Positions 1 through 11,594 of a stretch of 64,000 nt of DNA are shown piece after piece (within the stretch, counting starts at the first letter, position 1; each line of letters starts with the position of its first letter). This stretch comes from Vitrella brassicaformis CCMP3155 (lineage: Eukaryota > Protista > Chromerida), in assembly GCA_001179505.1 (NCBI GenBank), contig CDMY01000098.1, positions 124,001 through 188,000 of the forward strand, in the 5' to 3' direction. The translations under genes were made by a program, and so were the position numbers. A model generated the notes under the pieces. It searched no databases and was not told the origin of the DNA. It was given only the letters and a program-made list of their open reading frames with translations.

Positions 1-85
1 AGACAGACAGACACCCAGAGGGAGCAACAAGGCGTGGAGACGTAGTCCACATCGCACGGCGTGTCGGTCTGCCTGCCTCACTCAC

Positions 86-692
86 CATGGCGGGATGTCC
101 CCGTCCTTCAGGTAGTACCCAGAGGTCAGCTACACACACCGCACACACACAGAGAGCCCATCAACAGACCAACATCTATCCGCTTCCCAGACACACTGAC
201 ACACTGACACAGTGACACACTGCCTCACCCACCCACCATGAGTATGACCATCAACATCCCAATGAAGATGTTCCCTATGTCAGGCGAGGGCGAGGCAGCG
301 GCGACGGAGACCATGAGGGCAAACGAGGCGTACACGGTGATGTTGGAGATGAAGAGGAACTTCAGGAAGTATACGAAGCCGGGGCGGAGACCCACCATGA
401 AGTAAAATATGGCGCAGAAACACGTCGGCGGGATCTGAGTATCAGAGACAAAGGGGGAGGGGAGGCAGGGGATGCAAGAAGGAAGGGAGAAACAGGCGAA
501 ATGAGCCTCTCTCTCCCTGTCTGTCTGTCTGTCTGCCTGGCTGTGTGTATGTGACTGGGTGAGTGAGTGACTGAGTGGGTGGGATGGGTTGCCTACGTGG
601 ACGAAGAGGAACTCCCCGATGTCCTTGGCCACGAAATATGCGAACGTTCCGTGAATGCCGTTGGCCGTGTCCCTACACACACAACACCGACA

Positions 693-725
<33 letters not shown>

Positions 726-2429
726 CGGTGGAGTTGCGTCTCCCTCCCTCCCTGTGTCCTTGATTCACGCATTCACACACCGACCGGTTGAGCAGCGCTC
801 TCTCCGGGGCGAGTGTCATCATCACAGAGAACGTGCTGTGTGCAAGAGAGAGAGAGAGAGAGAGGCAGAAGGGGAGAGGCAGAGCTCGCGGCATCCACAC
901 GCACTTGCATGAATGCGAAGTTCATTGCAACGAAGAAGATCGCGCCAGCTCTGTTCTGGGCATCGGAGAGGCCCGAGTCGCCCAGCTGCCTGCAACACAA
1001 ATGTGACACAAATCATACTCACACAAATCAATCAAATCGGTCGTCGCTTCTGTCTTTTTCCCGTTGTTTGACTGACCAGAAAATGGCGCCGAGGACGAAG
1101 GCCATGAAGATGTTCTGGCTGACGTCGCCCATGGCCTTCAACGGATTGCGCAAACTGTTGAGCACTGTCCTGCACACACACAGATGGGCGCCACACGAAG
1201 ACACACACATGTTTTCTCTCTCTCTCTGTCTCCGTCTATGTGTGCCTGCCCATAGATACAGAGAATCTCGTTTCCTCACCGTTTTGCGAGCACACAGACC
1301 TCCAGCCAGAAGCCGCTTAGCGTCTGCTTGACCGACTCGAGTGTGATCTTATTGGGCGGCGCGGCCGTCATCCCGCCCTCCGAGCGCTTGTCCAGCTCCT
1401 TGTCGATCTGATCCTCTGCGAAACACACATACACACACACACACACAGACACACCGAGAGACACAAAGCGAGAGAAGGAGAGGTGTGGGTGTGCATTGAC
1501 GAGCACCGATTCTCTTCGCCAGGTCGCATTGGTGGAACAGTTCTGGGAAACGCTCGATCTCGGCGCCGGAGATGTTGGTGCGGCCCTTGTCTGCCATGGA
1601 TGCTGACGCAGACGGATACACAGAGGGAGACACAGATATGGAGGGCGGTCTGTCATGTGGCTGCAAGTAAGTAATTACCTACCATGGTTGTCTGCAGCCG
1701 GGGGTGCTGGTGCGTCTGGAGGAGCATCTGGTTGGGCGTCTGGCCCGTCCCCAGTGGTGACCTTGTCGTTGTTGCCCTCCTCATCGCCAAGCGGTGCCGG
1801 TGCTACTTTTCTGCTGCCGTAGTCGGCTTTTCCGCCCAACTCGCTGGCACGCTGCACACACACACACACACACACACAGATATGAGAGAACAGTCATCCC
1901 AACTTTCTGCAACACATTCTCGTAGCGTACCGTCTCAGTGAGGATGTCGAGCAGAAAGTCGGCAGGGTTGAAGTGCGCCGGGCAGACGTACCCGTGCTTC
2001 TTGAAATATGCGTCGGCGTCCACGGCGGGCCCCTGGTACACCACTCGGCCGCGGGAGAGCAGCAGCAGCTGGTCGAAGAGGGCGAACACCTGAGACCTCT
2101 GATGTCGCAAAAAGCGACAAAGACATACACACACAAAGAGGGAGGTTAGGTGGTGGATTGAGGGAGCCATGGAGGTAGGTTTGACCGGCTGATGGACGGT
2201 GCAGATGATCGTGCGGCCACCTCTGAAGAGAGAGACAGATTACGGGGGACAGGGTGCGGTGCAGGGTGTGCTTTGATTGTTGTGTGTGCAGGTGCTTACT
2301 TTGCGAGCTGCACGAGAAGCTTGAGCATGTCGTAGGCAAGCGCGGCGTCCAAACCAGACGTCGGCTCGTCTATACACATAGCGTATACGTCCACAAGACA
2401 CACACCCACACACATACGGGTCTCTCTCT

Positions 2430-2470
<41 letters not shown>

Positions 2471-3592
2471 ACCCGCTTACCGAGGCACAGCAGTGCAGGG
2501 TCGTCCAGCAGCTCTTGATCGCGATGGAGACGCGCTTCTTCTCTCCGCCCGATATGCCCTTCTTCATCGGACCGCCAACCGCCGTCCCGCGACACTTCTG
2601 CAGACCTGCACGCCCACAGACGCAGACACAAAGAGTGTCCCACTCACAACCCATCGCTTCCCAAGTGGCTGGCAACGGTGCCGTCGTCTCACCTAGCTCA
2701 GCTATGACCTTTTCGACCCGCTCCATTCTCTCCTCAGGCTTCTTGTTGTTTGAGCTTGAGGGTCGCGTTGAGCCGCAGGGTCTCCTCGACTGTGAGGAAT
2801 TCCAGCAGACAGTCGCTCTGCATCACGTAGGACACGAACTTCTTCCGGTTCTTCGGGTTCGCCTGTTCGCACACACACACACACACACACAGGGATTGCT
2901 ATGCGCGAATCAATCGCTGCGTGGGGATGCTTGCCTTGCCGTTGAAGTAGATGGACCCCTCCCTCTCCCCGCCCGTGACCCTGCCTGCTATTAGGTTCAT
3001 CAGGGTGGTCTGAACACATTGAGACATTCATGTGTGCCTTCCTCGCCTCCCCTCCCTCACTCTTGCCCCTCTCACCTTGCCCGACCCTGACGGACCCTGC
3101 GCACATTCACACACAGACAGAGAGAGAGAGATGCATGCCTCCCCTCCTTAACTCACCATGATGGCCAGCAGCTGGCCCGGCTGCATCACAACAGACACAC
3201 TCAGAACACACATCGAGACAGAGGGATGGGTGCGTGTGTGTGTGTGTGTCTATGATGGATGGATGGATGGATGGATGGACGTCTTGGGTACCTTGACGAT
3301 CAGGTCGACATCGTGGATGATCTGCGTCCGCTCCTCGCCCTGGCGCGTCTTCTTGACGATCCAGTAGTTCAAGCCTACACCACACCATCAACGAGCCATT
3401 GTGCTCTCCCCCGAGCCCGGGGAAAGCGGGGAGGCTCGTGCATATCCCGTGTGGCTTCCCAAGCCCACCCAGCACTCCGCTTACCCTTGGCACACACCTG
3501 TGTACACACACAGAAGCGCACACATAAAGCTGACCCTGGCACAGAGGCTGTACACGGCTTACGGTAATGGGTTCATGCTTATGGAACACCAT
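86..3592 (-). CDS. ABCG-family (White-like) half ABC transporter; multi-exon, 3' end runs off the window; two frameshifts in the NBD
   Basis: Spliced reading MVFHKHEPIT|VCAKG|LNYW..IIHDVDLIVK|PGQLLAIM|GPSGSGK (Walker A)|TTLMNLIAGR..|..SYVMQSD (Q-loop)..|ISGGEKKRVSIA (signature)..|DEPTSGLD (Walker B)|..TIICTVHQP|..NPADFLLD; then ABC2 membrane exons (QNRAGAIFF, RDTANGIHGTFAYFVAK, GYYLKDGDIPPW). All junction phases are consistent apart from two in-exon frameshifts near 2751 and 2518. Confidence 0.93.
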
Positions 3593-3715
3593 GGTGACCA
3601 CGGCACAACTGGGCTGACCAAACACAACCTACGGCGCTGGAATTGATGGGGAGGGGAGGGGAGATGTCGATCGTCGAGAGAATCCGGCCCCCACCCGCCC
3701 CCGTCTCTGCACGTT

Positions 3716-6316
3716 ATGGGCACTGCGTGGGGCTCTCCTGTGGTCCTGTACGAGTCCTCCTCCGTCATCGGCCGCTGCTATGCATTCAAAACGCAGCACA
3801 TCGTCGAGGGCGCCGACAAATTCCTCTCCACCTATCCCGGCGTATGGCGGCTATCGGGGGACCTCTTGCTGGAGCTGCTGGAGCTGTGCAGCGGGGAAGA
3901 GCCCTTCTTTGCGAATGGAGGCGGGTCGCCGTCGTCCAGGAGGGGCTCGGGCGATGAAGGCGACCCTGTCGAGGAGCTCCTTGGGCTATTCTGCGAGGCT
4001 CAGCATGGGCAGGGGCCTCACAAGACAGTGGATCTCTTCCAGGTGCTCATCACGTTGGCCCTGGTCTCGCAAGGAGAGTTCCACGAGAAGGTCTACTTCG
4101 CGTTCGGGCTGCTGGATTTTGACAAGCGCGGTGGGCTCACGAAGTCGGTCGTGTTCCTGCTGCTCATGACGGCACTCAAAGGGGCATACGCACTCACCAA
4201 GATCGTCCCTCCCCATCTCTCACACGTGGAAGCCCTCGTCGAGTCTCACCACCCCCCACCTCCGGGAATGGCTGTGGCTGCCTCAGGCGACGACGCTCGG
4301 TGGTCGGCCAACTATTTTCTCGGGTGTCTCAACAGAGTGCACGTTGTGCAGAGCTACTATGCGGTCCTGACAAGGCCACAGAGCACTCTCGAGGCGAAGA
4401 AACGGCTGGAGGCGCTGTGGCAGGACTTCCGCCGGTTCACTCGGCTGCTTGTGTACAAGAAGACGCGCAAGGATGGCAAGAGAGACAGAGACAGAGAGAA
4501 GGAGGGCAAGGGGGGAGGGGAGGGGGAGGCAGAGAGGAAGGGTGCAAAAGGGGACTCTCAGGCTGAGGACGAGATGATCAAGTTCACGATGGGCGACGTC
4601 AAGACTGTTCTCAAAGACGCCGGTGAGCCTTGACCGTTCCTGTTTTTCCCTCTGCATCATTTTTATCCATTTCAGGGTTGCCTTTGGTGAGCGTGGATCT
4701 GATAATGGATGCGCAGCTGTGTGCCATGGCTCTGTGTCGCGATGCGGCGATCCCATTCCTCAAGTGGGGGGACGACGGCAATGGCAACGGCAACGGGGAG
4801 GGGGGAGAGGGCAATGGCAACGGGGCGGGTAGTGGCTTTCTGCCCGGCACACCCCTGGGGCTGCTGGTACGCTTGCAACTCCATAACGATTTCTTTCCTT
4901 GCACCGCATGTGTGCGTGTGTGGCTTTAGGGCATCATGTCTGACGATTTGCGGATCATCATGGCCTTTGTGGTCGCCTTTGCCGCGCTTGACCTGCACGC
5001 GACTGGCCTCGTGCACAGGGGTGAGCCTGCGTGCGTGTACATCAGCGTGTGCAGCATATATATCAAGGAGAATCGACATCGACATACTCTTTTTTCCGAT
5101 TGTCAGGTCAGTTCCACTACCTGGCCGATTTCCTGACCGAGATTGACGCCGACCTGTTCGGCTACATCGAGAGTGTGGACGACCTGCGCATCAGCAAGTA
5201 GGTGACTGAGGGCAAATGAGAAGAATGACACAGAACACGAGAACAAAGAATGCATTGCCATTATTCACACAGACACCACAGCGCGCCTGCGGACATCAAC
5301 ATCATGTCGCGGTCGTCCACCCACACTCACACGGTGCCCACTGTCAGCCCGCAGCGGATGTCGATTGAGCTGACGTCGTCAGCGGGGGCGATTCCAGCGG
5401 GTGATGATGATCAGTGGGTGATTGAAGGAGAGGGCGAGGGAGAGGGGGAGGACGCTTCACCTTTATCAGCTGCTGATGGTGCTGGCGACGAAGGGAACGA
5501 GACGCAGAATATGGACGAGGTGAGCTAGAAAAGGGCAAAGATGTACATCATGATGTGTGTAGATCTCTCCCTCTCTCTCTTGTGCGTGTGTGTGCGTGCC
5601 GTGTTGTGTTGTGAAAGGGGGAGGGAGAGGAGGGGGATCTGGGTGCTTACATGGAGGACACCCGGGAGCATTTCATCCGCTTTGAGACATTTGTCCGGGA
5701 AGGGGCCGCGCGAGTCATCCTGGTGTGCAGAGGATCGTTACACACACAGAGAGAGGGAGAGGACATCTTCTGGCATGTCTGTCTGTCTGTCCGTCTGTCT
5801 AACCGGTTGCAGAGGAACCGGCAGCAGTATGAGCTGAAGCTGCGCAGCGCTTTTGAGAAGTACGACAGCGACGGCTCGGGGTTCATCGACAAGACAGAAT
5901 TCGCGGCGGTAAGCAAACCGATATAGCGATACGATCAATACACGCACACACTTTCCGGTGCACTGCAGGCCATTCAGGACATGATGTACTCGATAATCAT
6001 GCCAGGCGATTCACAGCAAAGAAGCCTCATCGGTCAGCCCATCCCAAACCCCAGCACGCCCCCCCTCCCCCACACACACCCCCGTGTGTGTGTCCAGATC
6101 AGATCGGCGAGTCGATAGCTGAGCAGCTGATGCGCGAGATGGACGAGTCGGGCGACGAGCAGATCGACTTCGCCGAGTTCAAGACCGCCATTGCCGTCAT
6201 ACACAAGAAGACCGTTGAGATCAAAAGGGCCATCAAGAATGCTTCGTCACTCGTATGTTCTTCACACAGAGACACACACAAACACACAGAGACACAAGTG
6301 TGTTGAAATCTTCATG

Positions 6317-6360
<44 letters not shown>

Positions 6361-6587
6361 TCCTGTGGCTGCAGTACTCTGTGCGTGAGGTGCTGATGCA
6401 GCAGCAAGGCAGCAGCAGCAGCAACCACAACCACCATGAGCATCACGGCCACCACGGCGGACACCAAGGAGACGATGCCATTGCCACGGACTCTGTCACA
6501 AAGGGCCTGGTGCTGCCCGGCACCCACAATGCTCATCACGCCCACACACACCACCACCACCACCACCATGCGAAAAGGGGATCGTAA
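3716..6587 (+). CDS. Multi-EF-hand calcium-binding protein with His-rich C-terminal tail
   Basis: Long first exon with an NCS/CBL-like segment (VDLFQVLITLAL..EKVYFAFGLLDFDKRGGLT); canonical EF loops YDSDGSGFIDKTEF and MDESGDEQIDFAEF in later exons; GT-AG junctions in phase; stop at 6585-6587 after HHHHHHHAKRGS. Confidence 0.85.
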
Positions 6588-6674
6588 TGGACACAATGGA
6601 TGGATGGATGGATGGATGGATGGATGGGAGTCGGGGAGACAGTGGATTTGTCAATGAGGTGTGCCTTTGAAACA

Positions 6675-6708
6675 ACAGACGCCGTTGTTGGTTGATTGCA
6701 GGTTTGCA
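6675..6708 (+). repeat. Short dispersed repeat, copy 1
   Basis: acagacgccgttgt-tg-gttgattgcaggtttgca; near-identical to 8548-8584. Confidence 0.85.
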
Positions 6709-6876
6709 TTGCATTTGTATGTGTCAACTATCTGGGTGTCCACACACACATAACATGAACACAAAGAAATCCACGCACGCCGGCTCCCGTACCGACTACT
6801 GATATACAATAAATGGGAAAAGGGCTGGGCTGCACAATATTATGCATAGCATAGACACACACTTATCCCTGCAGAG

Positions 6877-7162
6877 CTACACTGGCTCGAGGGTCCACAC
6901 CTCTGCATTCATGAAGCCACTTTCGCCGCCCAAGTCGTTTGTCGCGAAACTGCAGGAAGGCGTACACTCTCGAGCAACATCTGAGAGCAAAGAATGACAC
7001 AGGGGGCACGATATGCATCGGGCGGCTATCTCGCCGCGCCGGGTCCCTGCCGGCCGCACAGAGACAGATACAAACGCACACAGCGGCAGTGCACAGGTTG
7101 GATGTGCGTGTGTGTGATTGTGATTCAATGTCTCCCGTGCGCGGCGGGATGCGCCGCGCCAT
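6877..7162 (-). CDS. Possible small spliced gene (unresolved)
   Basis: ATG at 7162, an intron-like CA-then-GT tract, and a terminal exon-like segment after a CAG acceptor (DVARECTPSCSFATNDLGGESGFMNAEVWTLEPV*). I could not close the splice phases. Confidence 0.2.
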
Positions 7163-7188
7163 GATGGCGTGAAACCGCCATCATGGCG
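7157..7188. repeat. Perfect 13-bp inverted repeat with a 6-nt loop
   Basis: cgccatgatggcg-tgaaac-cgccatcatggcg; the arms are exact reverse complements. Confidence 0.95.
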
Positions 7189-7312
7189 TCCGACCCGTCC
7201 TGTTCCGCCGTGAAACCGCTCTCTCTGTCTGCCGGGAGGCTGACGAGGGAAGCCAACCAGCTCGCCGATATTTCTACACGGGCTGTCCCAGCGCTCGCAG
7301 CAAGGAAGCGCC

Positions 7313-8054
7313 ATGTTCAAACTGGGCTGCCGGAGGACGTCGCAGCTGCTTGGTGAAGGGTTCCCAGCCTCTCTTCGACCAAAGGTGAGAAAAGGCGCTC
7401 ACTGGCTGCAGCATCATTGTCACGTAGTGCTGCGTGATTTCATTGTTCGTTTGTTATGTTGGGTGGCTCACGTGTCAGATGTACCGGTTCGGTCTGTCCC
7501 CACTCCTGCTCAGAACAGCACACTCCCTCGGCCACACGCCACCCACCCGCCACTGTCAACCACCGAGGAGCCGCCACCTACCTGCAGCCTCCTTCTCTGC
7601 CAGCGTCCACACCAGTGCTCAGCCTCATACTCGACGACAGCACTCTGACGGCAAGGCGGCCGATACTGAGATTCTGTCCATTCACGACGACCCCGGTGCT
7701 GAGCCATTCGACCATGAGCTGTCGCTGCCCGACGTCACCGAGGAGAACCTTGAAATCATTTCCAAGGGCAGGGATGGCGTCGAGTACCTGTCGGAAGCGC
7801 CCTCCAGCAAGCAGCCCAGCTACGCACCAAAGGGCCTCGTCCGTGGCACTTGCCGGCGCCTGTTCATCAACCTGGTGTGTGTTTTCCTTCAGGTGCTGGG
7901 GATGTGGGCCTTGGAGGACTTTGGGTGGTCGGCGCTCATCAACTGGAAAAAGAGCACGTTTGTACTGGCGCCCTACGATAGGCATACGGTGCCGTCAGAA
8001 CACATGCCCCCACACACACAGGCAGCCGAGAGGACGGCCCGTTCTGCTGGCTGA
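7313..8054 (+). CDS. Hypothetical protein, possibly mitochondrion-targeted
   Basis: Exon 1 7313-7384 (MFKLGCRRTSQLL..RPK), phase-0 intron 7385-7478, exon 2 to the stop at 8054. The N-terminus is Arg/Ser/Leu-rich and there is a short hydrophobic stretch (LFINLVCVFLQVLGMWAL). Confidence 0.55.
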
Positions 8055-8547
8055 CACACCGAGTCGGAATCGTGTGTGTGGTGTGCGGTGTGTGTGTGTG
8101 TGTGGGTGTGGTGGGTGTGCGCTGTGCATGGCTGGCATGGATCGATTTTACTGAATTGTGGCATTGCAATGCATGTGGCTTGTCTGGCGTGTCTCGCTCG
8201 TCTTGCATGCCTGCCGCTTTGACCAGTCGGACCAGTCCGGTCGAAGTGTGGATGGCTTGTACGTGCGTTGGTTGGTTGACTCACTCGTGGGCCGTTGGTT
8301 CTTGGTGCTTTATGTGCTTGTGGTGGATTCTTTTTCTCACTCACCTTGATTGATTGACACACAGCTGATCGACCGATGGATGCAACGCAATCCAGATATC
8401 TAGAGTTCCAACCAACACACTCCACCCCACTCACACTCCACCCAGGCACGCACTCCGCGGTTCCTTCCTGCTTGTGAATTGGCCATCCCATTTGCAGACA
8501 GATGCAGCTCAGCTCAGCACGGGGCCACAGGGGGGAGAGTTGTTCTC

Positions 8548-8584
8548 ACAGACGCCGTTGTCAATTGTTGATTGCAGGTTTGCA
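8548..8584 (+). repeat. Short dispersed repeat, copy 2
   Basis: acagacgccgttgt-caatt-gttgattgcaggtttgca; near-identical to 6675-6708. Confidence 0.85.
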
Positions 8585-9804
8585 ATTGTTTCGCTGGTGT
8601 CTGTCTGCACACATACAAACGTACACGTGCTTACACACGGAGACACACACATACAGAACGTACGGCAGCCGGCCGGCTGCTCAATTGCCATGGATCCCAT
8701 GCCCTCCGTAAATGTGCAGAGAGGTGGTATGCAGACAGACAGACAGACCGGGCGAAAAATGCCTTGTTCGTGTCTGCGTCGCCTGATGACATGTCTGTCT
8801 CTATTGGCATGATGTGATGCTGACAGGCATAAATAATCGTCCGACATGATGTGCGCAGCGCCCCCCACTCCACTGATCGATCCACAATACAGTACGTCCC
8901 GTCCGTGTGTTTGTGTGTGTGTCTGTCTGTCTGGAGGGACGGGAGGGATGGGCCAAAAAGCGGCCTCATTCATTCAGACCATCCTCCTCCCACCACTCAG
9001 TCAGTCAGCCCACTCACGGGAGGCAGGCAGGCAGGCAGCAACCAGGAAGGGGACAAGCAAGGGCAAAATTCAAACACCAACACTGTCTGTCCGATGGATC
9101 GATGGCGCAGTGAGTGAGCTGAGGGAACGAACCAACTGTCAGGGGGAGGGGAACAGAGAGAGAGAGAGAGAGAGGCGTCCACGTGTGCAGTGCACACCAC
9201 GTCAGTCACCATGCAGCACATCCATCCCATCAGCGTGTGTGTGTCTCTAAGGCACACACACACACAGACAGAGAGAGAGAGATAGGGGAGAGTGGACGCA
9301 GCACATCCAGGACACAGAGAGAGTGAGAGGGGAAAACCTCCCTCCCTGTTAGTATAGCAATCTTTACATGCAGCCAGCGGGGAGGGAGAAATACGAAAAC
9401 AAAGCGGGCGTGTGTGTCTGTGTGTCAGCTACCACCTCTACGTTATTGAGGATTAGCCACAACACACACACAGAAACACAACACACACACACCCCGAGAG
9501 AGAGAGAGAGAGAGCCATCAACGCAAACAACACAGAAACACAGAAACAAGCACGCAGGCAGGCAGGAGGGGGGAGAAGTGACCGAAAGCCTCCCCGCTAT
9601 CCCTTTCCTTTAAGAATGACATAACCCCAATATATAAAGCTATGCCTCTTGGCACACCACACCCACTACGGCAGTCACTTAAGCCAGGTCTACTGGATGA
9701 ATGGATGGATGGATGGAGGCACTCCTATCCTACTAAGTATTGCTTTCCTTCTACACGAGGCACATTCCCCACCCACAACACACAGACATACAGAATGGCA
9801 TCAC

Positions 9805-11554
9805 TCACGCCTCGTGTGTCTGCTTCCCCCCTCCGCTGCCATTATTCCCGCCACCCTGTGGCCCTCTCCGGTTGTTCCCCCCGCCCCCGCTCCTCTTCTT
9901 CCTCGATGCCGGCGGTGTTGACGGTGGTGGCTTCTTCTTGCCCCTGGCGGGGCCCCCGATGCCTTCTCGCTCGCCGCCGCCCTTGCTGGGGTCCACCTCC
10001 AGCACATTGGACGACCGGATGCGCCGGCCGGTCTGTGTTGCAACACACACACACAGAGGGAGGGAGAGGGCGTGCAGTGAGTGCATTTGGTCAAAGGGTG
10101 TGTGGTGAGGGTGTTAAGATGGATGGTTACCTTGTCGACGGCCACGACCCTGAAGAACTGTTTCTTGTCTCCCACGACGGGCAGGTGGTGCTCAAACATG
10201 CTCTTTGGGTGCCTGTTCAGCAGCTCGGTGGGCGGGTGGGTCGGGCCGAAGTACACCTCCCACTCAGTCACCTACACACACACATCCACACCCACACCCA
10301 CAGACATCTCTCTCTCTCTCTCTCTGTGCGTGTGTGTGTGTGTGTGTGTCTCCGGTGTGGTGAAGGTAAGGTACGTTGGTTGCCCCATTCCAGGAGTAGT
10401 GTACGCTGCCCAGGGATCTGCCCGAGGGCGGCTTGTAAACCAGCTCAGGGCGTGTCCGCGGCTGCCCCCACCACTGCTGTCGGTAGCTGCGGTAGCTGCC
10501 GCCCCGGGAGAACTGAAGCTCACACACCTTCTCGCCCTTGTCCGTCACCTGCCATGCCAACACATATCGATTGCATAGCGCATCACATGCACATGTGGCC
10601 GGCCATGTGTGTGTGTGGATGGATGGATGGTATGGTGGGTGGGTACCTCAGTGTAGAATGGCATAGGTGGGGAGCCGAGGCCGCCCCAGTCAATGGCCCA
10701 GTTGCCATTGTCGAGCTTCTGCGCGTTGCCCGTCGCGAAGCCAAAGTAGTCGGGGTCGTGCCGGTACTCCCACACCTTCTTGGCAGTCAGCTTATCCTGT
10801 ACACACACACACACACAGAGACACTGCTCGCCTGTTTATTTGTTTGTGTGCATGGCTCTCTCTCTGCTGCTGTGGGCCTGTGGTTGTGAGTGCGTGTGTG
10901 TGTGCACCTCACCTGGTCAATTTCGTATTCGACGGCTCGCGAATATCTCGGCGAAAACTCGTTGCCATTGTCAAACATCGTGAGGCCTTTGCGGCCCGCA
11001 CACAGAGATGTGTCGTGTGTTGTATGGGTGGGCGTGGGTGTGTTGGTTGGCTTACTTTTGTCTGATCTGAGCCGTACGTCGTGCTGGTGTGTGAATCCCC
11101 GGTCTTTGTTGAGGTACTTGAACTGGTTCCAGGGCTCCTCGCTGCCGAACCGCCACAGCACCTCGCCGGTGTCACGCGACACCTGCCCATGCACAACACA
11201 GATGCACACACACGGGAAACACTTGATGGCCACTCTNNNNNNNNNNNNNNNNNNNNNNNNNNNNNNNNNNNNNNNNNNNNNNNNNNNNNNNNNNNNNNNN
11301 NNNNNNNNNNNNNNNNNNNNNNNNNNNNNNNNNNNNNNNNNNNNNNNNNNNNNNNNNNNNNNNNNNNNNNNNNNNNNNNNNNNNNNNNNNNNNNNNNNNN
11401 NNNNNNNNNNNNNNNNNNNNNNNNNNNNNNNNNNNNNNNNNNNNNNNNNNNNNNNNNNNNNNNNNNNNNNNNNNNNNNNNNNNNNNNNNNNNNNNNNNNN
11501 NNNNNNNNNNNNNNNNNNNNNNNNNNNNNNNNNNNNCCCCCCCCCCCCCCTCCC

Positions 11555-11594
<40 letters not shown>

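Noticed and set aside
6877-6985. TLDc-like C-terminal pattern (C.SF..L....F...EVW)
   Set aside because: No upstream TLDc exons fit in the available space; the similarity is too short to call.
7876-7892. Possible tiny GT..AG intron in the 7313 gene
   Set aside because: It would be only 18 nt and the frame is open through it, so treated as coding.
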